Source of the DNA: Campylobacterota bacterium
Lineage (GTDB): Bacteria > Campylobacterota > Campylobacteria > Campylobacterales > Arcobacteraceae
Direction: 5' to 3'
DNA length: 26,223 bases
NCBI GenBank assembly: GCA_051746405.1
Contig: JBNJFB010000034.1
Location: forward strand, 1 to 26,223
Position numbers and translations under genes: made by a program. Shown here piece by piece: positions 9,298 to 17,591 of the stretch; position 1 is the first letter of the stretch, and every line of letters starts with the position of its first letter. The notes beneath the pieces are model-generated. The model made no database searches. It saw nothing but the letters and a program-made list of their open reading frames with translations, and was not told the DNA's origin.

Positions 9298-9320
9298 ATA
9301 TATTAAATATAGGATGTAAA

Positions 9321-9683
9321 ATGTCAACTCAATTAGTTCTAGCATCTGTTATTTTTGTTACTATAGGTGTAATTTTAGTTGGTGTATTTTTAGCCACTAA
9401 GTTTTTGGGACCTCAAAATAAAAATGCAGTAATGAAAAACACAGTATATGAAAGCGGAGTATCTAATCCTATTGGAAGTACCAATATTAGATTCTCAGTT
9501 AAATTTTACTTAGTTGCAATATCATTTTTACTTTTTGATGTTGAAATTATTTTTATGTTTCCTTGGGCTGTAAATGTAGCTGAACTAGGTGTTACAGGTC
9601 TTATTAAAATGTTTATTTTTATAGGACTTTTATTTTTTGGACTTGTATATATGTATAAGAAAAAGGCTTTATCATGGGATTAG
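9321..9683 (+). CDS. nuoA: NADH-quinone oxidoreductase subunit A
   Basis: Three TM helices; YESG loop; FYLVAISFLLFDVEIIFMFPWA. Confidence 0.96.
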   Translation: MSTQLVLASVIFVTIGVILVGVFLATKFLGPQNKNAVMKNTVYESGVSNPIGSTNIRFSVKFYLVAISFLLFDVEIIFMFPWAVNVAELGVTGLIKMFIFIGLLFFGLVYMYKKKALSWD

Positions 9684-10189
9684 GAGCAGAATCAAAACTA
9701 GGTGATTCAATAGTAACAACAAAGCTAAATGAAGCTGTAAACTGGGGTAGATCGTACTCACTTTGGCCTATGGCATTTGGTACAGCTTGTTGTGGTATTG
9801 AGTTCATGTCAGTAGCTGGTGCGAAATATGATATATCAAGATTTGGTGCTGAAGTTGTTAGATTTTCACCAAGACAGGCTGATTTAGTAATTGTTGCAGG
9901 AACAATTTCATATAAGCAAGCTCCTATTTTAAAGAAAATTTATGAGCAAATGTGTGAACCAAAATGGGTAATATCAATGGGAGCTTGTGCATGTTCTGGT
10001 GGATTTTATGATAACTACACAACTGTACAGGGAATTGATGAAATAATACCTGTTGATGAGTATGTTGCTGGATGTCCACCAAGACCTGAAGCTGTACTTG
10101 ATGCAATCATTCGAATACAAGAAAAAGCTAAAGATGAATCAATTATTAAAGATAGAGTCAAAGAGTATAAAGGATTTTTAGATGCATAA
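9674..10189 (+). CDS. nuoB: NADH-quinone oxidoreductase subunit B (N2 cluster)
   Basis: GTACCGIE, RFSPRQAD, SMGACA and GCPPRPE motifs. Confidence 0.97.
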   Translation: MGLGAESKLGDSIVTTKLNEAVNWGRSYSLWPMAFGTACCGIEFMSVAGAKYDISRFGAEVVRFSPRQADLVIVAGTISYKQAPILKKIYEQMCEPKWVISMGACACSGGFYDNYTTVQGIDEIIPVDEYVAGCPPRPEAVLDAIIRIQEKAKDESIIKDRVKEYKGFLDA

Positions 10190-11816
10190 ATGCGATATGT
10201 TAATTGATTCAAGTCAAATAAGAAGTACTATAAAAAACCTAAAAGAAGAAGAGAATTATCATATACTTTTAGATATTACTGCTGTTGATTACTTAAAGTA
10301 TAAAGAATCAACATTTAGTAGATTTGCTGTGATATATATATTAAGAAGTGAAAACTTTAAAAAAACTATTACAGTAAAAGCTTTTGTTAGTGATGAAACC
10401 TTGGAAGTTGATTCTATTCATGATTTCTATGAGAGTGCTAACTGGGCTGAAAGAGAGACATATGACCAATATGGCATTAAATTTAAAAATCATCCCAATT
10501 TAAAAAGAGTTTTAAACCATCATCAATTTGTTGGGCACCCTTTACGAAAAGATTATCCTACCACAAAAGGTCAAATCTGTACAGAAACAGAGAGTTTAAT
10601 GGATGAGATGACACCTTTGCTTAAAAGTAAGGGTTATAATGATGAACAGATAAATGATCTAATGTTATTAAATATAGGACCTTCTCACCCTGCAAGTCAT
10701 GGTACTATTAGAAATTTTGTTGCGATGGAAGGTGAGACAATAAAAGCATGTGTTACTGAAATTGGATATCTTCATAGAGGTTTTGAAAAATCTTGTGAAA
10801 ATCACAACTATTCTCAAATAATTCCTTATACAGATAGATTAAACTACTGTTCTGCAATACTTAATAACATAGGATTCTCAAAAGCAGTTGAAGATATGCT
10901 TAATATTGATATTACTCCTAGAGCAAAAGCTATAAGAGTAATAATAGGTGAACTAAGTAGAGTTATTGATCACTTAGTTTGTAACGGTGCAAACATGGTA
11001 GATTTAGGTGGACTTACTAACTTTTGGTATCTATTTGCACCAAGAGATAATACTTATGATTTATTATCAAAACTAACAGGAGCTAGACTTACAAACTCAT
11101 ATACTAGAATTGGTGGCTTACAATATGACTTATATGATGGTTTTGAACAAGACTTAGAAGATGTTTTAAAAAATGTTGAAAAAGGTGTTAGTGACTCTTT
11201 AAGTTTAATAGAAAAAAATAGAATATTTCATGATAGAACACAAGATGTTGGAGTAGTTAAACCTGACTTTGCATTAAGTGCAGGTATATCTGGACCAAAC
11301 TTAAGAGCTAGTGGAGTTGCACATGATTTAAGAAAAGACAAGCCTTATTATGGTTATGAAAACTATGATTTTGATATGGTTATTGGGTCACATGGTGACG
11401 TTTATGACAGAATGATGTGTAGATTTGAAGAGATTGTACAAAGTATTAAAATCATAAGACAAGCCATGAAAGAGCTTCCTAGTGGTCCTATTAACATAGA
11501 CTCACCTGATATAGTTTTACCTACTAAGAGAGATGTTTATGGAAATATTGAGGGGTTAATGAATCAATTTAAACTAACCTTTGAAGGAATAAAAGTACCT
11601 CAAGGAGAGTTTTATAGTTCAACAGAGGCAGGTAATGGTGAACTTGGATTTTTTATTGTAAGTGATGATTCAGGAACTCCATACAAGGTAAAGTGCAGAC
11701 CTCCATGTTACTATTCATTGGCTGCATATTCAAAAGTCGTAGAGAATGGCATGTTAGCTGATGCAATTGTTACAATGGCTAGTATGAACTTTATTGCAGG
11801 GGAGTTTGATAGATAA
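10182..11816 (+). CDS. nuoCD: NADH-quinone oxidoreductase fused subunit C/D
   Basis: N-terminal NuoC motifs (ANWAERETYDQYGI, GHPLRKDYP) fused in frame to NuoD motifs (NIGPSHPASHG, GYLHRGFEK, DRLNY, GELG, C-terminal GEFDR). Confidence 0.96.
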   Translation: MHKCDMLIDSSQIRSTIKNLKEEENYHILLDITAVDYLKYKESTFSRFAVIYILRSENFKKTITVKAFVSDETLEVDSIHDFYESANWAERETYDQYGIKFKNHPNLKRVLNHHQFVGHPLRKDYPTTKGQICTETESLMDEMTPLLKSKGYNDEQINDLMLLNIGPSHPASHGTIRNFVAMEGETIKACVTEIGYLHRGFEKSCENHNYSQIIPYTDRLNYCSAILNNIGFSKAVEDMLNIDITPRAKAIRVIIGELSRVIDHLVCNGANMVDLGGLTNFWYLFAPRDNTYDLLSKLTGARLTNSYTRIGGLQYDLYDGFEQDLEDVLKNVEKGVSDSLSLIEKNRIFHDRTQDVGVVKPDFALSAGISGPNLRASGVAHDLRKDKPYYGYENYDFDMVIGSHGDVYDRMMCRFEEIVQSIKIIRQAMKELPSGPINIDSPDIVLPTKRDVYGNIEGLMNQFKLTFEGIKVPQGEFYSSTEAGNGELGFFIVSDDSGTPYKVKCRPPCYYSLAAYSKVVENGMLADAIVTMASMNFIAGEFDR

Positions 11817-12310
11817 TGAGTACTTTTACCTTTAATAAACAAAATGAAGAGAAATTCCAAAAATATTTGACTAGATATCCAAATAGTGACTCTTGTATTT
11901 TACCCGCACTGTGGTTAGTACAAGAACAAAATGGATGGGTTAGTCAAGAAGCTATGGTATATGTGGGACAAAGACTTAATAAAACTCCTATACAAATCTA
12001 TGAGATTGCAACTTTTTATACTATGTTTAATTTAGAACCCATAGGTAAAAATCATATAGAACTTTGTAAAACCCTATCTTGTATGTTATGTGGAAGCAAA
12101 GAGATTAAGCAATATATTAAAGACAAAATTGGAATTGAACCTGGACAAACTAGCCAAGATGGAGTCTTTCACCTAAGTGAAGTTGAGTGTTTAGGTGCTT
12201 GTGGTGGTGCACCAATGTTTGCTTTAAATGGTGAATATCATGAAAAACTTACAACACAAAAAGTTGATGAGTTAATAAAGGAGTGTAAAAATGATAACAA
12301 AAATAGTTAG
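11816..12310 (+). CDS. nuoE: NADH-quinone oxidoreductase subunit E (2Fe-2S N1a)
   Basis: ATFYTMF, CKTLSC and ECLGAC 2Fe-2S ligand motifs. Confidence 0.95.
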   Translation: MSTFTFNKQNEEKFQKYLTRYPNSDSCILPALWLVQEQNGWVSQEAMVYVGQRLNKTPIQIYEIATFYTMFNLEPIGKNHIELCKTLSCMLCGSKEIKQYIKDKIGIEPGQTSQDGVFHLSEVECLGACGGAPMFALNGEYHEKLTTQKVDELIKECKNDNKNS

Positions 12311-13538
12311 TAAAAACTTTGACATTCCAAACTCACATAAACTTGAAGTTGCAAAACAAAATGGTAGATATAACTCTATCAAAAAACTTTTCACAATGAG
12401 TCCAGATGAAGTTACAAAAGAGGTAATAGACTCAGGACTAAGAGGAAAAGGTGGAGGTGGTGCACCTTGTGGACCAAAATGGTTACTAATGCCACCTGTG
12501 GATGAAAGACCTAGATACTTAATAGTAAATGGGGATGAGAGTGAACCAGGAACTTTTAAAGATAGACAGATTTTTGACCACGATCCCCACCTTTTAATTG
12601 AAGGTATTATATGCTCATGCTATGCAATAAGTGCAAACCATGCTTATATCTATATAAGAGGTGAGTATAAATTTTTCTCTGATAGAATGCAAGAAGCTAT
12701 TGATGAAGCTTATGAAGCTGGAATAATAGGTGATAAAGTAATGAATCATGACTTTAAACTTGACATAACAGTTCACAGGGGTGCAGGTGCATATATATGT
12801 GGTGAAAAATCTGCACTTATAGAGTCACTAGAAGGAAAAAGAGGACATCCAAGATTAAAACCACGTCAAAAAGAGAGTGAGTGGTTTTTTGGTAATCCTG
12901 CAACTGTAAACAATGTAGAAACAATCGCATCTGTTCCAAATATAATTGAGTTTGGACATGAAGAGGGTTATACAAAATATGGCACAAAAAGCTCACCTGG
13001 TACAATGCTTTTTGCAATGAGTGGACCTATAAATAATCCAGGTGTATATGAAATGCAGTATGGGAACAAAATGATTGATTTCATCAATGAAATTGGTGGA
13101 GGAATGAGAGATGGTAAAAAACTAAAAGCAGTAATCCCAGGTGGTTCATCTTGTCCTATTTTAACTGCAAAAGAGGTGCAAGAAGCTGTTTTAGATTATG
13201 ACTCTATGTGGGGCATTGGGTCCACACTTGGAACAGGTGGAATGATAATCATTGATGAAGAAACTTCAATGATCGATGTGGCAAAAAACCTAATCGAGTT
13301 TTACCACCATGAATCATGTGGGCAATGTACACCTTGTAGAGAAGGGTGTGGCTGGATTGATAAAATTTTAGAAAAGGTTTTAAACGGTGATGGAACAAGA
13401 GAAGACTTAGATACTATTTTAGATATTTGTCAAACTATGAATGGAAAAACTATTTGTGTTTTTGCACCTGCGGTTAAAGACATAATAAAAAGTATACTGG
13501 AAAAATTTCCAGAAGAATTTGAAAAAAAATTAAATTAA
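12291..13538 (+). CDS. nuoF: NAD(P)H-quinone oxidoreductase subunit F (FMN, N3), with an atypical nucleotide-binding pocket
   Basis: SGLRGKGGGG, NGDESEPGTFKDR, GAGAYICGE, NNVET and ESCGQCTPCREG...TIC (N3 ligands). Confidence 0.95.
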   Translation: MITKIVSKNFDIPNSHKLEVAKQNGRYNSIKKLFTMSPDEVTKEVIDSGLRGKGGGGAPCGPKWLLMPPVDERPRYLIVNGDESEPGTFKDRQIFDHDPHLLIEGIICSCYAISANHAYIYIRGEYKFFSDRMQEAIDEAYEAGIIGDKVMNHDFKLDITVHRGAGAYICGEKSALIESLEGKRGHPRLKPRQKESEWFFGNPATVNNVETIASVPNIIEFGHEEGYTKYGTKSSPGTMLFAMSGPINNPGVYEMQYGNKMIDFINEIGGGMRDGKKLKAVIPGGSSCPILTAKEVQEAVLDYDSMWGIGSTLGTGGMIIIDEETSMIDVAKNLIEFYHHESCGQCTPCREGCGWIDKILEKVLNGDGTREDLDTILDICQTMNGKTICVFAPAVKDIIKSILEKFPEEFEKKLN

Positions 13539-13558
13539 ATTAACTAAGGAGAACTTAA

Positions 13559-14845
13559 ATGGCAAAGAATACTATGACATTTACTGATAACAGAAATGGA
13601 AATACTTATGAGTATAACATCGTTGATGGAACTAGAGGACCAAGTGTAATTGATATAAGCACTTTTTATAAAGACTCAGGAATGTTTACATATGACCCAG
13701 GTTATACATCAACTGCATCTTGTGAATCAAAAATCACGTTTATTGATGGTGAGAATTCAGAGCTTAGGTATAGAGGCTATGATATAAGAGACTTAGCAGG
13801 TAAAAAGTCGTACTTAGATGTTTGTCATTTATTAATGATGGGAAGATTACCATCAGATGCTGAGTCTAAAGATTTTGATTTGGAAATTAGACATAGATCA
13901 TTTTTAAATGAAGGTATTATTAGACTTTTTGATGCACTACCTGATGGGGCACACCCAATGGCTACAATGGGTGCAGCTACTATGGCATTATCTGCTTTTT
14001 ATAAAGACCACTTACATTTAGAAGATGAAGAAGAGTTTAAAACAATGAGAAGAAGAATCTTAGCTAAAATGCCAACAATTGCAGCAATGGCTTATAGAAA
14101 CTCAATTGGTACTCCACTAATCTACCCAGATGTAAATAAATATTTCACTGAAAATTTCTTATATATGTTAAGAGCTTATCCAGGTGGAAAAATGAGATAT
14201 TTAGGTGATGGTTTAAATGATGAAATCAAACAAGTAGAAGTTAATGCTCTTGATGCTATTTTAACTCTACATGCAGACCATGAGCAAAACGCTTCTACTA
14301 CAACTGTTAGAAATGTTGGTTCAACAGAAGCACATCCATATGTATCAATTGCATCTGGTATCTCTGCACTATGGGGTTCAGCACATGGTGGAGCAAATGA
14401 AAAAGTAATGGATCAATTAAGATTAATTGGTGATGTTAAAAATGTACCTACATACATAGCAAAAGCAAAAGATAGAAATGATCCATTTAGATTAATGGGA
14501 TTCGGGCACAGAGTATATAAAAACAGAGACCCAAGAGCTGAAACACTTAAAAAACTTCAGGACCAATTAAGAGTAGAGTTAAATTTAGACTCAAGGTTAT
14601 TAGATGTGGCACAAGCTGTTGAAGAAGCTGCATTAAGTGATGATTACTTTAAAGATAGAGGACTTTATCCAAATATTGATTTCTATTCAGGTGTGATTTT
14701 AACAGCACTTAAGATTCCAGTTGAAATGTTTACACCTATATTTGTTATTGGAAGAATTCCAGGATGGATTTCACAATGGTCAGAATTAAAGCAAGATCCA
14801 AAGCATAAAATTGCTAGACCAAGACAGCTTTACACAGGAAAATAG
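13559..14845 (+). CDS. gltA: Citrate synthase (long Gram-negative type II form)
   Basis: YDPGYTSTASCESKITFIDG, LRYRGY, HADHEQNAST, AHGGAN, LMGFGHRVYK, YPNIDFYSG and RPRQLYTG motifs; RBS AAGGAG upstream. Confidence 0.97.
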   Translation: MAKNTMTFTDNRNGNTYEYNIVDGTRGPSVIDISTFYKDSGMFTYDPGYTSTASCESKITFIDGENSELRYRGYDIRDLAGKKSYLDVCHLLMMGRLPSDAESKDFDLEIRHRSFLNEGIIRLFDALPDGAHPMATMGAATMALSAFYKDHLHLEDEEEFKTMRRRILAKMPTIAAMAYRNSIGTPLIYPDVNKYFTENFLYMLRAYPGGKMRYLGDGLNDEIKQVEVNALDAILTLHADHEQNASTTTVRNVGSTEAHPYVSIASGISALWGSAHGGANEKVMDQLRLIGDVKNVPTYIAKAKDRNDPFRLMGFGHRVYKNRDPRAETLKKLQDQLRVELNLDSRLLDVAQAVEEAALSDDYFKDRGLYPNIDFYSGVILTALKIPVEMFTPIFVIGRIPGWISQWSELKQDPKHKIARPRQLYTGK

Positions 14846-14878
14846 TAGTTAAAAAAAAGTCTAAGGGGATAATGAATT

Positions 14879-16315
14879 ATGAGCGAAATTGTAGAAATTA
14901 CAGTCAATGGTACACAAATGCAAGCTGCAAAAGGTAGCTTGCTGATTGATAAATTATTGGATGAGAATATTCACATACCTCATTTTTGTTATCACCAAGC
15001 ACTGGGTAAAGATGGTAACTGTAGAATGTGTATGGTAGAGATTGAGGGTCAAAAAAGACCTCAGATTGCTTGTGATACTCCTGTAAAAGAAGATATGGTT
15101 GTAAGAACAAAGGGTGAAAATATTGAGAATGTTAGAAAGAAAATCCTTGAGTTAGAACTTATTAACCATCCTATTGATTGTCCCACATGTGACCAAGCAG
15201 GAGAGTGTAAACTTCAAGACTACTATATGGAGTCTGGCTTTTATGAATCTAGAGTAAATGTAGAAGATAAAAATAAGCATAGAAAAAGAATCGATTTAGG
15301 TTCAAATGTAATGCTTGATAGAGAAAGATGTGTACTTTGTACAAGGTGTGTAAGGTTTTGTGATGAGATTTCAAAAACATCTGAACTTGGGGTAATAAAT
15401 AGAACTGACCATTCATATATTGGTACATTTCCTGGTAAACCTTTAGATAATCCTTATGCTATGAATGTTGTTGATATTTGTCCAGTTGGTGCATTAACAT
15501 CAAAAGATTTTAGATTTCAACAAAGAGTTTGGTTTTTAGAGACTTTTAATGCAATATGTAATGGCTGTGCAAAAGGTTGTAATATCTATGTGGACCATAG
15601 GAAAGAGAAATATAAAGATGATCAGATATTTAGATTTAGACCAAGAGTTAATAAACAAATTAATGGCTGGTTTATGTGTGATGAGGGTAGACTTTCATAT
15701 CATAATGAGGATGAAAATAGATTTACAACGCCACTTCTAAATCAATCTGAAACTAATTTGAGTAATGCAATAACAAATATATTTAAAGAGTTATCAACTA
15801 GTAAATCAACACTTTTTTTATTAAGTCCAAATCTTTCTTACGAAGAGATGAAAAATATAAAAAATCTTAGTATCTCACTAAATGCAAAAATATCAGGGTA
15901 CTCTCCTGATACATATGATAATAATTTTGAAGATGACTACTTAAGAAATAGAGACAAAAGTTGTAATAGAGCTTCATTTGAAAAACTAGAAATAGATGAG
16001 TCTAAAGAGAGTTTTGAAAAAGAGTTTAAAGAGTCTGAATTGATTATAATTTTAGGAAATACATACTTTGAAAACTGTTTAGATAAATTAAAAAACAAAA
16101 GAGTTATTTCAATGTTTTCGCACAACTATTTAACACTTAGTTCATCAAATATAGCTATCCCTATAGCTTCATTTTATGAAAAGAGTGGGACATATATAAA
16201 TGTAGATAAAATAGAACAAAAAGTAGTATCTCAAATGAATAAAGATAATCCAATGAGAACAATAACATCAATCATTGAAAATTTAAAAGAGATGATTAGT
16301 AAAGGAACCATATGA
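14879..16315 (+). CDS. nuoG: NADH-quinone oxidoreductase subunit G (short form)
   Basis: N1b (HFCYH...GNCRMC...IAC), N5 (HPIDCPTCDQAGEC), N4 (CVLCTRC...ICPVGAL) and N7-type (CNGCAKGC...MCDEG) ligands; C-terminal ASFYEKSGTYIN remnant; only 478 aa. Confidence 0.92.
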   Translation: MSEIVEITVNGTQMQAAKGSLLIDKLLDENIHIPHFCYHQALGKDGNCRMCMVEIEGQKRPQIACDTPVKEDMVVRTKGENIENVRKKILELELINHPIDCPTCDQAGECKLQDYYMESGFYESRVNVEDKNKHRKRIDLGSNVMLDRERCVLCTRCVRFCDEISKTSELGVINRTDHSYIGTFPGKPLDNPYAMNVVDICPVGALTSKDFRFQQRVWFLETFNAICNGCAKGCNIYVDHRKEKYKDDQIFRFRPRVNKQINGWFMCDEGRLSYHNEDENRFTTPLLNQSETNLSNAITNIFKELSTSKSTLFLLSPNLSYEEMKNIKNLSISLNAKISGYSPDTYDNNFEDDYLRNRDKSCNRASFEKLEIDESKESFEKEFKESELIIILGNTYFENCLDKLKNKRVISMFSHNYLTLSSSNIAIPIASFYEKSGTYINVDKIEQKVVSQMNKDNPMRTITSIIENLKEMISKGTI

Positions 16316-17589
16316 ATTCATTACCAATTTTAATGATTAACATCTCTCTTGCTTCCCTTCTTGCAGTTGGACTAACTCCGCTTTTTGTATGGTGGGAGAG
16401 AAGAATATCAGGTTTTATGCAAGGTAGATCAGGTCCAAATAGAGCAAGTATTGGACCAATAAGACTAGGTGGATTAATACAAGGTTTAGCAGATATGTTA
16501 AAACTTCTATTTAAAGAGGATTTTACTCCAAAATATATTAAGTATAAATTCTTTTTTACAATTGCACCTGCTATAGTCTTTTTTTGTTCATTTCTAACTT
16601 TTGCAACAATTCCTTTTGCAGATAACTTAGTAATAAATGGTACTTCACATATCATGTCAGCAATTCCTAATGAGTTAGGAATTATGTGGTTTTTGGCTTT
16701 TGCAGGACTTTCTGTATATGGTATTATTTTAGGTGGGTATGCTTCACAAAATAAGTATGGACTTTTAGGTTCTGTTAGAGCAACTGCTCAAGTAATATCT
16801 TATGAGGTTGCTTTAACACTAGCAGTTATTTCAATGATTATTTCATATGGTTCTATTCATTTAACTGATATAGTAAATGCCCAATCTGGAACTATTTTGG
16901 GAGTTTTACCTGCATGGGGTGTATTTATGCAACCATTAGCTGCAATTATTTTTATTGTATGTGCTTTTGCAGAGACAAATAGAGCACCTTTTGATATAGC
17001 AGAGGGTGAGTCTGAAATTGTTGCTGGGTATCACACAGAATACAGTGCAATGAGATTTGGACTTTTTCAAGTTGGTGAATATGCAGCAATGTCAGCATCA
17101 TCTGCTATTATTGTTACCCTATTCTTCGGGGGTTATCACATCCCATGGATTGATACACAGACTATTCAAAGTAATATAAACTATGTAATTATTGCAATAA
17201 TGGTTTTACTACCACTTAAAATTTTCTTTTTCACTAAGTGGATGAATAAAAACAATAAAGCAATTGGTGCAGATAAATCAAGACAAAAAGAGACAAAAAT
17301 ACTTAGTATCATATTCTGGGGCTTAGGAGTTATAGTAGTTGGATTACTAGCTATATTTTTAGCAACTGGACTTGGAGCAAATGGTACAAATATTTTAACA
17401 GCGGTACTTCAAGTTGGAACTTTTTTAGTTAAATTCTTTGTTATGGTTTTTGTTTATATTTGGATTAGATGGACAGTACTTAGATTTAGATATGACCAAT
17501 TACAAATGTTGGGATGGAAAGTGCTAATTCCGTTAGCACTTTTAAATATAGCTATAACTGCAACTTATGTAGTTGTTTGGGGAAGTTAA
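16312..17589 (+). CDS. nuoH: NADH-quinone oxidoreductase subunit H
   Basis: ERRISGFMQGRSGPN, QGLADMLKLLFKE, AETNRAPFDIAEGESEIVAGYHTEYS and RFRYDQL motifs. Confidence 0.96.
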   Translation: MNSLPILMINISLASLLAVGLTPLFVWWERRISGFMQGRSGPNRASIGPIRLGGLIQGLADMLKLLFKEDFTPKYIKYKFFFTIAPAIVFFCSFLTFATIPFADNLVINGTSHIMSAIPNELGIMWFLAFAGLSVYGIILGGYASQNKYGLLGSVRATAQVISYEVALTLAVISMIISYGSIHLTDIVNAQSGTILGVLPAWGVFMQPLAAIIFIVCAFAETNRAPFDIAEGESEIVAGYHTEYSAMRFGLFQVGEYAAMSASSAIIVTLFFGGYHIPWIDTQTIQSNINYVIIAIMVLLPLKIFFFTKWMNKNNKAIGADKSRQKETKILSIIFWGLGVIVVGLLAIFLATGLGANGTNILTAVLQVGTFLVKFFVMVFVYIWIRWTVLRFRYDQLQMLGWKVLIPLALLNIAITATYVVVWGS

Positions 17590-17591
17590 TT

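Noticed and set aside
13539..14878. gltA as cargo of a mobile element
   Set aside because: No transposase, terminal inverted repeats or target-site duplication seen; composition resembles the flanking genes.
15700..16315. Possibility that nuoG is a pseudogene or frameshifted
   Set aside because: The reading frame is continuous, a late conserved motif (EKSGTYIN) is retained, and the stop is coupled to the nuoH start.
17514..17591. Cys-rich N-terminal extension of NuoI (CNLCSC) resembling a metal site
   Set aside because: It is an alternative frame of the nuoH 3' end; the natural start is ATG 17592, just after the nuoH stop.
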